Both the position numbers and the translations under genes were made by a program. DNA of 64,000 nucleotides from Eledone cirrhosa (Eukaryota). Positions 40,329 through 53,485 of this stretch are shown here, in pieces. The stretch is taken from assembly GCA_964016885.1 (NCBI GenBank), contig OZ024751.1, forward strand, positions 53,382,001-53,446,000. The letters are read 5' to 3'. Position 1 is the first letter of the stretch. Each line of letters starts with the position of its first letter. The notes below the pieces were generated by a model. That model worked only from the letters and a program-made list of their open reading frames with translations. It had not been told where the DNA came from and made no database searches.

Positions 40329-40493
40329 GGGTATCTGGATGTATGCGTATGTGTATATATATATATGCGTGTGTGTGTGTGTGTGTGTATATATGTGTGT
40401 GTATGTGTGTATATATATGTGTGTGTGTGTGTGTGTATGTTTGTATGTGTGTATGTATATGTATATATATATGTGTGTGTGTATGTATGTGTG

Positions 40494-40586
<93 letters not shown>

Positions 40587-40621
40587 ATGTGTGTATCTGG
40601 ATGTATGTGTATGTATATATA

Positions 40622-40676
<55 letters not shown>

Positions 40677-41121
40677 ATGTGTATATATATGTGTGTGTGT
40701 GTGTATGTGTGTATGTATATGTATGTGTGTGTGTATGTATGTGTGTATATGTATATATATATATATATATGTATATGTATATGTATGTATGTGTGGATGA
40801 AGGTATGTGTGTATATATAGGTGTAAGTGCACTAAATCCTTTTCTATCACGCTCCACTCTCCTACCCATCACAGGAAGATATGTGTGTGTATATTGCTTC
40901 CACCCTCTCACTGACCAGCAGCTGGCGATTGCTAAATCTGACCTTTATAAAATAACCCACACCCCAAATAACTTCTCATTCACTACCAGAAAGGGACACA
41001 GCAGTCAACCTGTTGTTGCTACCTAGATGAAAACTGCTATGAAATCCCACAATGAATTTTATACTTGAATTTTCAAGTCTCAAATTTTAACTCTTCGTAT
41101 TATTAATTTTTCTTAATATTA

Positions 41122-41175
41122 ATCAACATTTGAAAAGATGGCTTTTGCAGACCCATCGAAACCGGTCATTTTTTA
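41122..41175 (+). ncRNA. Hammerhead-like motif with U3/A8 core variant; weak helix I
   Basis: TTGAAAA(41130-36)-GATGG..CCATC-GAAA-CCGG-TC; palindromic ACCGGT helix III; GUC site. Confidence 0.5.
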
Positions 41176-41321
41176 TACCCTTTATTATTTCCTTACCTTA
41201 TAAAATTATGTTTTTTCACAAAAAAGTATTCTGTCTCTTACATATTCCATGTGCCATTACCAACCTCAATTTTCTCTATAACCTTCGTTTTGTGTAGAAA
41301 ATTACACTTTTCATATATATG

Positions 41322-41403
<82 letters not shown>

Positions 41404-42802
41404 CATATATATGTATATATATATGTATATATACATATATATGAATATATATGCATATATATGTATATATATGTATACATGTTTGTACTATTAAGTTAAA
41501 AGAGACAAACAACCTTTAATAACTTTCTTAAAGCTAGAGGCACATTATACGTTGTTCCTCGGTCACAATGTTTTTGGTTTTGTAGCTCATCCACGGGTTT
41601 GTTATAGGCTATATAATTATTATAGGCTGTTTAATTTTTATAGGTATGAGGCTGGGGGCAGGGGTCTTAAATGTCTGATTTCAAATCAAGCAATCTCTGT
41701 GCCAATAAAACAATATAACCTGGATAAGAAACTTAGTCATGCGTTCCTGAAAGATGAGCAGCGAGCTCAGAGTATGGGTGAGCAATGACGAGGTGAATGA
41801 AGGCAGATTTAGTCATTGATAGGGTCACAATGGTTGTGGCAAAAGAAACCTGACAGAGCAGTTAATCAATTGAACTAATTTTCTCATGATTTAATAAGTA
41901 CAACTGAAATGAAGCACAACCAGTGCATGTGTTTTTGATTGACAATATGACCCTTCCAATGTACAACAATATCTGTTTCAACACTTTCGAAACATGTCAA
42001 GAATCTTGCAAAACGAGTATGTACTCTTATATATATGTATCCACCACACATAAATATATATATGCATGTGTGAATATGCACACATACACCAGTATATATT
42101 TTCATACATCTATATATTCATATAATATTATATATAGATTTGTAAACATATAAGTAAATGTTATATATATATATGTGTGCGTGTGTATTGATATATACAA
42201 TCACACAAAACACACTGATTATTTATTATATATATACACACACATATATATAGATATATTTATATGTAGATATATATATATAGATATATTTATATGTAGA
42301 TATATATATATAGATATATTTATATGTAGATATATATATATAGATATATAATCAGTGTTTATGTGAAATGCACAAAGAGAGGCAGAGAGAGAAAGGGAAA
42401 GTGGGGGAAGCTAGAGAGAGTGAGAGTATGTATGTAAATATGTATATATATAGATGTGTTTATCCCAGTCACAAAGCACTCTGTCAAAAATTATGCCAAC
42501 GGGCAATTTATATTCAACACAATATAGAAAGCAGAAGTTTCTTTTATTTGTTTTGTTTTCCTTTTTTCTTTTCTTTTTCTTTTTCATGAATCTACTTCAA
42601 AGAAAAGCTTTCTATAATTGCTATTATTAATGTTGTTGTTGTTATTGTTATTTCTTATGCCTGACGTTGTGTTAGCGACAGCAGATACAATTATTTGTGA
42701 AATAATTTTAAAAAAGAAACATGAACCAACAATGTCAACAAAATAAAAAAAAAATTAAAAACATTAAATAAACAACTTATAGAAACTATCATTATTATTT
42801 AT

Positions 42803-43135
42803 TTGTAGTAGTAGTAGTGGTGGTGGTAGTGGTAGTAGCAGTGGTGGTGGTGGTAGTAGTAATAGTAGTAGTGGTTGTAGTAGTAGTAGTAGTAGTAGTA
42901 ACAGTGGTGGTAGTGGCAGTAGTAGTAGTAGTTTTGGTGGTGGTTGTAGTAGTAGTGGTGGTGGTGGTGGTGGTAGTAGTAGTAATAGTAGTAGTGGTCG
43001 TAGTTGTAGTAGTAGTGATGGTGGTAGTTGTAGTAGTAGTAGTGGTAGTGGCTGTAGTAGTAGTAGTAGTAGTGGTGGTGGTGGTTGTGGCAGTAGTAGT
43101 AGTTTTGGTGGTGGTGGTGGTTGTAGTAGTAATAG
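42803..43135. repeat. (GTA)n/(GTG)n trinucleotide microsatellite
   Basis: Directly visible. Confidence 0.95.
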
Positions 43136-43625
43136 TAGAGGTGGATTAGCAGCGTTGGACATGACTTGTGATATTTAGTTACTCCCCTTTCGGTTCTGAG
43201 TTCAAATCCCACTGAGGTTAGCTTTGCCTTTCATCCTTACAGGGTTGTTAAAATAAAGTACCAGACACTCACGGGGGATCGATTTAATCCACTTTCCCCC
43301 AAAAATTCCTGGCCTTGTGCCTAAATCAGAAACCATTATTATTATTATTTGTCGATAAAATATACCAGTAATGCACTGGGATTATTGCTGGCTTTGTGCC
43401 AAAAGTAGAAACAATTATTTGAAGTAGTAGGAGTAGTGGTGTTGGTGGTAGTAGTAGAAGTAGTTGAGCGACAGACATGAATTGCGGTATTTAGTTACTC
43501 CCCTTTACGTTTTCAGTTCAAATTCTACAGATTCTTACGAGATTGCTAAAATAAAATAGCAGTAACGCACTGGGGTTGATTCAATCGACTTTCCCCTTTC
43601 TTTCATATTGCTGGCCTTGTGCTAT
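43135..43625 (+). mobile_element. Cluster of octopus-type tRNA-derived SINE copies with (ATT)n tail
   Basis: gagttcaaatccc..gctttgcctttcatcct..aaaataaagtaccag..ctggccttgtgcctaaa; repeated here and at 45205 and 54533. Confidence 0.75.
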
Positions 43626-44329
43626 TGTGTATAGAGACGGTGGTGGGAGCAAATATAGCCATGGTTGTGGTGTTATGTGCAAGGTCATTCTTGATCAAGC
43701 AAAAGACCTATGATGAAACGTGTTTTGCAGCCAGCTGTGGCCATTTCTTTTGTTTTAAGACATAGCATAAAGTAGTCCAAGATACACTATGTGATGTCTT
43801 TTGTGAAATGTGATTTGATTGTGATCTGGCTGCTTGGCTGCTGTTTCTAGTAATACTGGACTGAATTCAGCATTTACATTACTCTATATTTTCATGGTAA
43901 AGGCTTTATCTTCCACAATTATCTCACATAATATGGAATCTATGAGATTTTGAGACTAAAATCCTTAACATCACTATGAGTGGATGGTTACAACCGGTTT
44001 GAACAGAAAGAAGTGAAAAAATTATGGCTGGATAGAGCCGGTTTAAATGCTAAAGTGTTAAAGATAGTCGAGTTAAGCTGGCATATGACAAATTTACATT
44101 CCAGTCATGATGATCTCATCCATTTTCAGCCATAGCATATATTCAACTCCTATGAGGGAAATTTTGCATGATGAAACATGACTGCCTTCCAACTTAGAGT
44201 GTGTGGAGTGGATCCTCTCAAAATTGATAGGGGTTCCCAGAAATTTACTTTTTATTTTAGAGAGAGAGGGCCCTATCAGATATCCTCTCCCTATCCAGGA
44301 TCAAGGTACCATTATTTTATATAAATATT

Positions 44330-45055
44330 ATGTTGGCTCAGACAACCAGTGTTCTAGATGTGTGATCAACAGAACAACTTATTTATGAAATTAACGTGCA
44401 AGTGACTGAGCATTCCACAGATGTGTGTATGCTTAGCGCAATTCTCAGGGTGTGACAAAGCTAGTCCTTTCAGTTACAGATACAATTCATTTCTTGGCAA
44501 CTGAACAGACTGGAGCAACACAAATTGAAATATCTTGCTCAAGGAAACAACACTTCGCCAAGAATTGAACTCACAAACTTATGAGTGAACTAAACTGCCC
44601 AACCACAAAGCCACACCAGTGTGTATAGGCTCTAAGTATATCTAGGACATTACACAATGTTCTTCCTTTACTGAGTGATTTGAGGGAGATTTATTTACTA
44701 TTTCTAACCAACTGTCAAAGGATATTCTCACCTTTATCTATAGAATGAGCCTACATCAGTTTAGACAATGAGTGTTCAATCAACAGAACAACATGCTCAT
44801 GAAATTAACATGCAAGTTGCTCAACATTTCACAGACACGTGTACCCAGGACATATTTCTCAATGCAACTCAGCATAACTATGTGTGATACAGTTGACTCA
44901 TTAAATTACAGGTACAGTCCATTCAACAAGGCTTCCAAACAATTTCCATCTATCACAAGGCTATGATAAATGACACTTACCCATGATGCCACTCGATGTG
45001 ATTGAACCAAAGACCTCATGACTGCAAAGCAAACTTCTTAAGCATTCCGCCATGT
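44330..45055 (-). mobile_element. Two degenerate SINE-like copies
   Basis: Shared tgtgatcaacagaacaac..tgaaattaac.tgcaagt; cttgctcaagg..gaattgaactc is a minus-strand tRNA head. Confidence 0.5.
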
Positions 45056-45204
45056 TGTCTCTGAAACATTAACTGTTTATACCTGTAGTTCCAGAGATTC
45101 TGGTACCCATCCCTTCTTAACCCTTTAGCACTTACATTATTCTATATTTACTACTATATTTTCACAGTAATGAATCTGAGATTTTGATGATATTTATTTT
45201 GAGA

Positions 45205-45395
45205 ACGGTGGATTCGCAGTATCGGTAGAGGGTTTGACGCCATGCTTTCCAGCATAGTTACGTCCCTTTATGATCCGAGTTCAAATCCCGCCGAGGTTGA
45301 CTTTGCCTTTCATCCTTACGGGGTCGATAAAATAAAGTACCAGTAATGCACTGGGTAATTGCTGGCCTTGTGCCTAAAGTAGAAACAATTATTTA
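45205..45395 (+). mobile_element. Octopus-type SINE
   Basis: gagttcaaatcccgccgaggttgactttgcctttcatccttacggggtcgataaaataaagtaccag. Confidence 0.8.
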
Positions 45396-45629
45396 TTTTG
45401 AGAACAGTACCTTAACATCAGTATGAGTGGCTGGTTACAGCCAGTTTCAACAGAAAGAGGCAAGAGAATTCTGGCCAGTTTAAATGCTAATTTAATGAAA
45501 GAACATTAGAATATATTATAACCCTAAACAACTTTTCAGGCCTTCTCTTCTATTCTACAAAAGTGTGTATCCTGATATACATTATCCAATGTGTGCTTCT
45601 CCTTTTTAACAACAACCTCCACCCCACCC

Positions 45630-46052
45630 ACACCGCCCCTTTCAATGTAAAGTTATGTTGGTCCCACAACATCCAGGCCGAAACAAATGAGATCGTGTAG
45701 GTGTCACGACAAAAAACACACAGTCCACGCTGTAAATGTGGCCGTGTAGGCAACACGGTAAAAACCTCCCAGCCCCACACTGTAAATGTGGTTGGTGTTA
45801 GGAAGGGCATCCAGCTGTAGAAAACCCGCCAGACAGTCCACGCTGTAATGTGGCCGTGTAGGCAACACGGTAAAAACCTCCCAGCCCCACACTGTAAATG
45901 TGGTTGGTGTTAGGAAGGGCATCCAACTGTAGAAAACCCGCCAGACAGTCCTATGCGAGCAAGACAACCACTCTTGCCTCAAGTGGGAAAACCCCCGTCC
46001 AAACCCATGCAAGCGTGGAACACGGACGCTAAACCTGATGATGATGATGATG
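45630..46052 (+). mobile_element. RTE 3'UTR fragment with (GAT)n tail
   Basis: Matches 58865-59295; internal tandem subrepeats. Confidence 0.85.
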
Positions 46053-47144
46053 AAAGATATGATTTAAGTGTGATTTGGTTAGCATTTCTAGCAAGATGAG
46101 CAATCATGTAGTAACTCTTTCATTACTTCGATATCTAAATATCTTGGTCGTGTTAACACTGCATTGCTCGAGTCTGACAACATCAATGCTGGTTATCTGA
46201 TTTGACCATCAAAAGATACTTTCCCCCCACCTTCCTCGTGAGTAAAACAGTTAATTTTCTTTTCAGTTAATCACAAACTATCATCAATATCAATACAGAT
46301 AAAGATGAAGATGAGGCCATGTAAATAGAACAGCTGGCAGCTAGAGACACGATTAAAACATGGCTGAGAAAAACAATTGTAGTTGTAGTAATGAAAGTAA
46401 CAACTACTACAACAGTAGTTGTAATAATAACAGTAACAACAACTACAACAGTAGCTGCAGTAACAACAACTGTAGCTGCAATAACAACTACAACAGCAGT
46501 AGCTACAGTAACAACTGCTGTAGCTGCAATAACAACAGTAACAACAGCAGTAGCTGCAGTAATAACAAACGAGACAACCGACAGCCAGAGATACAATTAA
46601 AACATGGCTGACAAGAATAACAAGTCGCTGCAGTGGATATATTATTTATGAATAGCAAGTATATATCATGTATGTCAATTTAGATCTAGAGAACATTACA
46701 TGTCTACTATATAACTTGAAACCTCTCTCGAGTAAAACAATGCCAATAATATTACATTAATGATGTTGATTGATTTAATTGAGACAGCTGTTACTTCTCA
46801 CTTGAAATATATTCTTCAAATTCTAGCTTAAGACAAAAACCCATTAAGAATGCTAAGGTCTGTGGAGCTGAAAAGGAGCCAGCGTAGACGTAGCTAGTCT
46901 CAAATCAGCACAATGCCATTTTGTTTTGGTTGTCTCCACTGAACACAAATATTCTGTTACTGTGTTTTCCCATCTCTCTTCCCAAGAGTGTGCGCGATGT
47001 AAGAACTTTCTTTTCCATCCCCTACTGTTCTACCACATGACTGAAATATCCTAGCTTCTGTTTCATTACATACTTAGTACATTCAGCTTCTCTCTGATGT
47101 CACCATTTGTGTAAGGCTTCAACCAAGGCACTTGATACACACAC

Positions 47145-47192
<48 letters not shown>

Positions 47193-47198
<6 letters not shown>

Positions 47199-48122
47199 CA
47201 CCAATCTCTGGGAGGGCCCTGTAGAAACAGTAGACAGCTTCTGCTACCTAGGTGACCGAATTAGCAACGGAGGTGGGTGCTCAGAAAGTACAATAACTAG
47301 GGTAAGAACGGGATGGAAGAAGTTTAGGGAACTACTACCACTGCTAGCTGCAAAAGGCTTCTCCCTCAGAATGAAAGGCAGACTGTATGATGCGTGTATC
47401 CGAACAGCGATGTTGCATGGTAGTGAGACCTGGGCGCTGAAGGTGGAAGACTTACGTAGATTAGAGAGAAACGAAGCCTGCATGCTCCGATGGATGTGTA
47501 ACAGTAATATACGTGAACGACAAAGCATAAATGAATTGAGAGAGAGACTGAGCATAAGAGGAATCAAATGCTGCGTGCAGGAGAGGCGGTTACGCTGGTA
47601 TGGACATGTGATGCGTATGAAGGATGACAGCTGCATAAAAAGGTGCAGAGCACTAGAAGTTGATGGAAACCGCGGAGTGGGGAGACCCAAGATGACTTGG
47701 GATGAGGTGATAAAAGCCGACCTTACCCAACTACACCTCTCAAAGTCAATGACACACGACCGTGACTTCTGGCGTCACGCAGTAATACAGGGTACCCGAC
47801 CTCCCATGGGTACATGCTGAAGCATATAAACAATATGCCCCCCCCCCCCACCGCAAGGTGGTCGTGGAGGTGCCACGGCAAAAAAGCACCCAGCCCACAC
47901 TGTAAAGTGGACGTGTAGGCGCCACGAAAAAGCACCCAGCACTCACTGTAAATGAGGTTGGTGTTAGGAAGGGCATCCAGCTGTAGAAATCAAGCCAGAT
48001 CAGTTCCTGTATGAGCAAGGCATGGTCAGCCGACCAGACACTGCCCACAACAGGACAACCCGTCTAACCCATGCTAGCGTGGAAGAACGGACGTAAAACG
48101 GTGATGATGATGATGATGATGA
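47193..48122 (+). mobile_element. 5'-truncated RTE LINE
   Basis: VETVDSFCYLGD...RRLRWYGHVMRM...GRPKMTW; (GAT)n tail; 5' end joined to (TA)n. Confidence 0.9.
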
Positions 48123-49709
48123 ATAGAATACTGTATTTCTCTGCTATACATAGGGGGCATAGTTTTTATCCATCAGCATAAGATATTGTCCTTTTAATTA
48201 TAGACCAGCTTATTTTGAAGTCTACAATAATTCCGACAGATAGATGGCCAGAGAGACTAGGTGACACAACATTGAATGTCGTAACCCTGAATTGTGGAAT
48301 ATCAGAACGTAAAAAATCTGACATTCAGAAAATATTTTTTAAGAAAAATATAATTTTTTTTTAAATTTGAAAGGGAAAGTTTATTTGAGAAAACATTTTA
48401 TTTAAAAACTGGAAATAAATATTGATAAAGGATATTGATAATTGTAAATGTAATTTTATTGACATATAATTCTGTTTATTTAAATAGAAATAAACTGAGA
48501 AAATACCGACATGATAAATATCACAAACTTTAAAATTCTGAAACCCCCCAACAATTGCTTAGCTTATCTTTCTTTAACTTCACTCTTTCATTGCAAAACA
48601 CCAATATTCATACTTCCACCTAACCCACTTCTTTTCTCTCATTAACAACAAAGTTGAAAATTATGTCTTCTAAAAACAGCTTTAGTATTTTATAATTTAC
48701 TAAAATATCTTTGGAATTTACTATTAATCTTACGATATCCTTTATCGATAGTTATTACCATGTTTTAAAGTAGATTATGTCTTTCAAATAAACCACAGAT
48801 ACATATGCACATATATATAAAGTGAAACTGCTTTTCGTTCTCTTCTCCCACCACACACACACAGAGTAAATCAAAACAGACCCACCCCACTGATGAATAA
48901 AATATAAATACTAAAAATAAAAGTGAATAAAAAACATGAAAGTGTTTTTTTATATATTTTACTTTCTCTTACTCTCCTCACCTTTTCTCTCACCCTCTTC
49001 CACCTTCACTCTCCCTCTCCTACTTTTCCCTCATTCTCCTTTATTTTGGAGAAAATATCAAAATAAAAGCAAGAAGTTTATGGTGGAATTGCCTTACAAT
49101 TTCAGTTAAGATTTTCCTGGGAAGGAAAAGACAGGAAATTCTTAAAACCCAAAATAAATTTTTTAAAAATTATTTTTTTCTTAAGAAATTCAATTTCTTT
49201 TCTTTTTCTTTTACATAGTTTGTTGTCGGTTTTTTAACACTTTCTTTTATTTATGCCTTGCAAGATTTTCCTTCCAATATGGGATATATCTGATATATAT
49301 ATATATGTACATTTCATATATATATCCAATATAAATATTTATATATATTATATATCCTATATATATATAGACGTGTTGAGATAGATAATATGAAAACAGA
49401 TCTTGTTTATTTTTTCATTCCGTTTTTCTTTTAAATTAAAAATATAATAAAAATGAAATATATATATATATTAATATATACATGTGTATATATTTGTGTG
49501 TATATGTATATATATGCATGTATATGTGTGTGTGAGTATATATATATACGTAGTGTCAAAAGTTTCCGTACAATAGATAAAGAATAAGCTCAATGTTAAA
49601 TACAGAGCCAAAATATATTAGAAATAATTTCTCAACACAATTGATTGCAACTTAAGGTATCAAGCAACTGTGTAGAGAAATTATATATATATATGTATAC
49701 ATATATATG

Positions 49710-49742
<33 letters not shown>

Positions 49743-49909
49743 TTCATCTGCACCTCCATTTCATATAACCGGGAGTGGGATAGAATCTGGTTTTAAAAGA
49801 CAACTGACAACATTACGAGGGATGGGGTGAGGGTAAGGGGCTCAGCTTCAGTTTTGATGCAAGTGAACCTTGAACCCAAGATCATTAACCATGGCAACTT
49901 CAGTGAGTC

Positions 49910-51142
49910 TTACTGCATATAATCTGAGTAAGGTAGATGATCTACACTAACATAGAGTCGGCGTAGACACAACAGTAGTATCATTGCACCTAGCAGCACC
50001 ATTAGTACAAAACTAGCTGTACCCTTTGAAGATGCTCTCTCACTAGTAGTAGTAGTGGTGGTTGTGCTGGTGGTGGTAGTAGCATTTGATGGTGTTGATC
50101 CTACATCTGTAGTCTCGGTTTGTGGGCTAGTTGTTGTTGTTGTGTTCAAGTTAGATGTTGTAGAAGCTGCAGTTGTTGCACCTCCTGGCATACGGTGTCG
50201 CAGTGTAGTTTCAGAAGAGCCTGCATCCTGTGTTGTAGAAGGCAGGGAAGGAGAAGAGATAACATCAACATCATTCACATCAGCAGTGAGAGTCTCAACT
50301 TGTGGAAGAGATGTGTCAGGCAGATTACCTGTGGCTAACTGAGATGATGATGATGATGATGCTGATGGCTGTGGTGGAACTGAAAGACCAGGGCTGTTCT
50401 GGGATGGGTCTCCAGAATCATTAAATAATGATTTACTCGTAGAAGCAGTAGTAGTAGTGTTGTTGGTGGTAGTTGTGACATTGGACGGATTAGTTGAAGT
50501 GAGGCTTGAGGCAGATGATGAAGTAGAGAGAGGAGTAGTCAGTTGTTTTGTCTGGGTACCTCCAGTTGAACTTGCAGAGCTAGAAGTTAAGGTAGTGGGG
50601 CTTGAGACAGGGGAGGACATTGTAACACTTGCACTTGTTGTTGGTACGGCAGCAGGCACTGTGGGAAAATTGGGGATGAAGGGGAATGAAAATGGCGAAA
50701 CATTTGCAGTAGAAGCAGTTGAGTTATCAGTGACAGGCTGGGGGAAAGCATAGCCCCCGGGAAACATTGGTGGTAGAAATGGATTTGGGAAAGGGGGCAT
50801 CATTCGACAATTCGGCATGTTGTTAACATTAGGGTCCATACTAGTGGGGGGGTAGGGAAACCTGAAATGGAAAGGGAATTGCCCAGCCATGGGGGAGAAA
50901 TAGGGAGATGACTGAGGAAACATTGTTGGCATACCGGTCATGTTTAAGGGTGAAGGGTAATTCATATTGGGTGGTATCATCCAGGTAGGAGTAGATGTGG
51001 TTGCTGCTGTTGCACCCCCACCACCTCCTCCTCCTTCTGCTCCTGCTACAGCGCTGCCACCTGTCACTTTAATCCCAGCATTAGATGAAGGAGTTACAGA
51101 TGTAGCAACTTTCTCAGAGCCAGCTTTACTTCCCTTCTCACC
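49910..51142 (-). CDS. UBE2J1: UBE2J1 last coding exon (410 aa: low-complexity linker + C-terminal TM anchor)
   Basis: AG acceptor at 51143-44, phase 0, open to TAA at 49910-12; ends FVLMVLLGAMILLLCLRRLY, like the UBE2J1 tail anchor. Confidence 0.88.
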   Translation of the reverse strand, partial: GEKGSKAGSEKVATSVTPSSNAGIKVTGGSAVAGAEGGGGGGGATAATTSTPTWMIPPNMNYPSPLNMTGMPTMFPQSSPYFSPMAGQFPFHFRFPYPPTSMDPNVNNMPNCRMMPPFPNPFLPPMFPGGYAFPQPVTDNSTASTANVSPFSFPFIPNFPTVPAAVPTTSASVTMSSPVSSPTTLTSSSASSTGGTQTKQLTTPLSTSSSASSLTSTNPSNVTTTTNNTTTTASTSKSLFNDSGDPSQNSPGLSVPPQPSASSSSSSQLATGNLPDTSLPQVETLTADVNDVDVISSPSLPSTTQDAGSSETTLRHRMPGGATTAASTTSNLNTTTTTSPQTETTDVGSTPSNATTTTSTTTTTTTSERASSKGTASFVLMVLLGAMILLLCLRRLYVSVDHLPYSDYMQ

Positions 51143-51653
51143 CTATTACCAAAACAAAAGAAGATAAAAATACAAAAAAAAAAAACATTTTAAAATAAGG
51201 ATTTTTCAAACATATAAAATTGTTAGTGTTTGAAAAGAGAGAAAGAAAGAACTGAATAAAAGGTCATTGTTGGATAATTTTTGTAAACAGGTAAGGCACA
51301 AAGTTTTAACTTTTGTGTTTATCCATAAAAGTCATTACTTTTACATCTGTTAATTAATTTCACCTGCCCATAAAAGTCAATTTAACAAACAAAAAAAAAA
51401 AAAGAAAGAAAAAATCAGGTAAAAATAGATAATTGTAAATTATTGATATTTAAACATCTACTGACAAAATTTTAAGTCTGCACATAAAAAATTAAGAAAA
51501 TTACACACAAAGTATCCAGCTGAAATCACTAACAATTGCCCCAATCCACCACCTCATGACTGGTATTATATTTATCAACCCAGAAGGGATGAAAGGAAAA
51601 ATTAAAATAAAAACAAAACACACTCAAGTGGTAGCATAAGATTGAAGTCTTAC

Positions 51654-51774
51654 CTGAAAATTAATCTTTGAAGCTAAATCTTTAGCTTCTTCACTGGTTT
51701 TCTTAGAAGCATCAGTTAAGGATTTCAGCACATTATTTACACAGCCACATATGGGACATTTCCAGCACTGGGAC
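51654..51774 (-). CDS. UBE2J1: UBE2J1 exon (121 nt)
   Basis: SQCWKCPICGCVNNVLKSLTDASKKTSEEAKDLASKINFQ; AG/GT boundaries; phases consistent. Confidence 0.92.
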
Positions 51775-51954
51775 CTAAAAGGAAGAAACTATATTGAAAG
51801 GACAGCAGAAGTATAGTACGGTTGAAAACAAAAATAGCTCTTAAGATTTGAATTTCATTTACTCCCCCAGCTCAATCTTTCTACAAGTTACTTCCCTTCG
51901 GTAAGGCTTATAGAGAGTTGTCACCCTTTTATGTAGGCGATATTGACAACTTAC

Positions 51955-52060
51955 TTTTTGGAAAGTACTTTCCGTTCTTCAGTCGTGTAGTCAAGAGATC
52001 CAATTGCGCCAGCACCGTGGGTTGGCATAAACCCTATAATGGCTAACAGTGCAGTGCGGA
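51955..52060 (-). CDS. UBE2J1: UBE2J1 exon (106 nt)
   Basis: IRTALLAIIGFMPTHGAGAIGSLDYTTEERKVLSK; AG/GT. Confidence 0.95.
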
Positions 52061-52104
52061 CTGGAAATAGAAATAAACAAACATGAAGTTAATTCTATTG
52101 AATA

Positions 52105-52260
52105 TTTCCAATGAACAGGTCAGAGTGGTGTAATAAACAGGTCAATGTAGTGAACAGGTCAGTGTGGTGAAAAGGCCACTGTAGTGAACAGGTGAGTGCA
52201 GTGAACAGGTCAGAGTAATGAACAAGTCAGTGAGGTGAACATGTCAGTGCAGTGAATAGA
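52105..52260. repeat. 18-bp intronic minisatellite (GTGAACAGGTCAGTGTAG-like)
   Basis: About 8 degenerate units. Confidence 0.8.
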
Positions 52261-52273
52261 TTAGTCTACCTAC

Positions 52274-52358
52274 TTGACCACGATGGCTGCCAAGACTCAG
52301 GATGGTGTCCAGATATACTGAGACAAATCTTCTTGTTCACTTCGAAACGGCCATTTGG
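52274..52358 (-). CDS. UBE2J1: UBE2J1 exon (85 nt) carrying the catalytic Cys
   Basis: PNGRFEVNKKICLSISGHHPESWQPSWS; AG/GT. Confidence 0.96.
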
Positions 52359-52469
52359 CTGGAATAAAGAAGAGATTGTATTAGATGAGAGAGAGAGAGA
52401 GACAGGGAAAGATAAACAATGAAATGAGGTTGTTTTACAGCACCAACCATTTTAGTCACATTCCACATG

Positions 52470-52692
52470 TAGGGTTACAATGTACCTATTCTAAACCAGA
52501 TACACAGAGGTATATGTACCCTCTATAGCTAGCTGAGTCACAGTGTACCTATTTTAAACCAGATACACACCGAGGTATATGTACCCTCTAAAGAAAGTTA
52601 GCTGGGTTACAGTGTACTTATTCTAAATGAGATACTCACAGAGGTATAACTATCCTTAATAGCTAGCTGGGTTACAATGAACCTATTCTACT
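52470..52692. repeat. ~65-bp intronic tandem repeat (about 3.5 units)
   Basis: gggttacaatgtacctattctaaaccagatacacagaggtatatgtaccctcta recurs. Confidence 0.8.
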
Positions 52693-52829
52693 GAAAATAA
52701 GAAATTTTTCTCGGATGAGGACAAAATAACGTCTAAAATATACAAAAATAACCTATGTTTTCCTGTGTACAGAGAAATAGTAGAAAGTGTTTACATTTCA
52801 CACTTCGCTCTTTACACATGCATGCATGC

Positions 52830-53078
52830 ACGCACTCTGCGTTGTAAGCAGTGTGTTGAGCTGGTGCTTATGAAGCGACTGAGAGTACAAGACTTCCTCT
52901 GGGCAAGACGCCATTCTATCGCGGGGTTAAACCCCCAGCTATTGCTGGTACTCATATATTGGAGCAATTTGAATGTGTTTTGCTCAAGAACACAACATAC
53001 AACCCAGCCCAGGAATCGAACCCACGACATTACAATCATAAGTCCAACACTCTTACCACTAGGCCACAAGCCTTCACT
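52830..53078 (-). mobile_element. tRNA-derived SINE in UBE2J1 intron
   Basis: ttgctcaagaacacaac..ggaatcgaacccacgac..taccactaggccac is a minus-strand A/B box head. Confidence 0.75.
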
Positions 53079-53191
53079 CTTTCCACAACTAATTTAAAAA
53101 CATTAGTTATATCTACTACAAGTTTACTTTAAAACCATCAAATATATGTTGTTTCAGACACCCCGCTGTAGAGACTGTGCTGAATATGGAA

Positions 53192-53271
53192 CATATAAGA
53201 AACATGTGGACACCTGATCAGTGTAGTCTTCTGAGACTACACTGATCAGGTGTCCACATGTTTCTTATATG
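53192..53271. other. Perfect 38-bp inverted repeat with 4-nt loop (intronic hairpin)
   Basis: catataagaaacatgtggacacctgatcagtgtagtct-tctg-agactacactgatcaggtgtccacatgtttcttatatg. Confidence 0.95.
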
Positions 53272-53353
53272 AAAACCTGTTTAACCCATGGCAGTGTGGA
53301 AAGTGGACATAAAAACAACACTGATGATGATGATGATGAAATGATTAACTTAC

Positions 53354-53485
53354 TGTCAAAATAATAATACTGGGAGGTTTCATTGGGTAATCAGGAGGAA
53401 GAACAATACGGCCATGGAATATCCCACCATCAAAATCTGTTTCAATTGGACCACGAATTGTGAAATGCCATTCAAATAAATTATC
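53354..53485 (-). CDS. UBE2J1: UBE2J1 exon (132 nt)
   Basis: DNLFEWHFTIRGPIETDFDGGIFHGRIVLPPDYPMKPPSIIILT; AG/GTAAGT. Confidence 0.96.

Noticed and set aside
41742-41790. CTGAAAGA-TGAGC..GCTCA-GAGT hammerhead-like motif
   Set aside because: Extra base in the core, GAAA altered, helices I and III unsupported.
42764-46611. PolyV/polyT/polyN/polyH ORFs
   Set aside because: Trinucleotide microsatellite artefacts.
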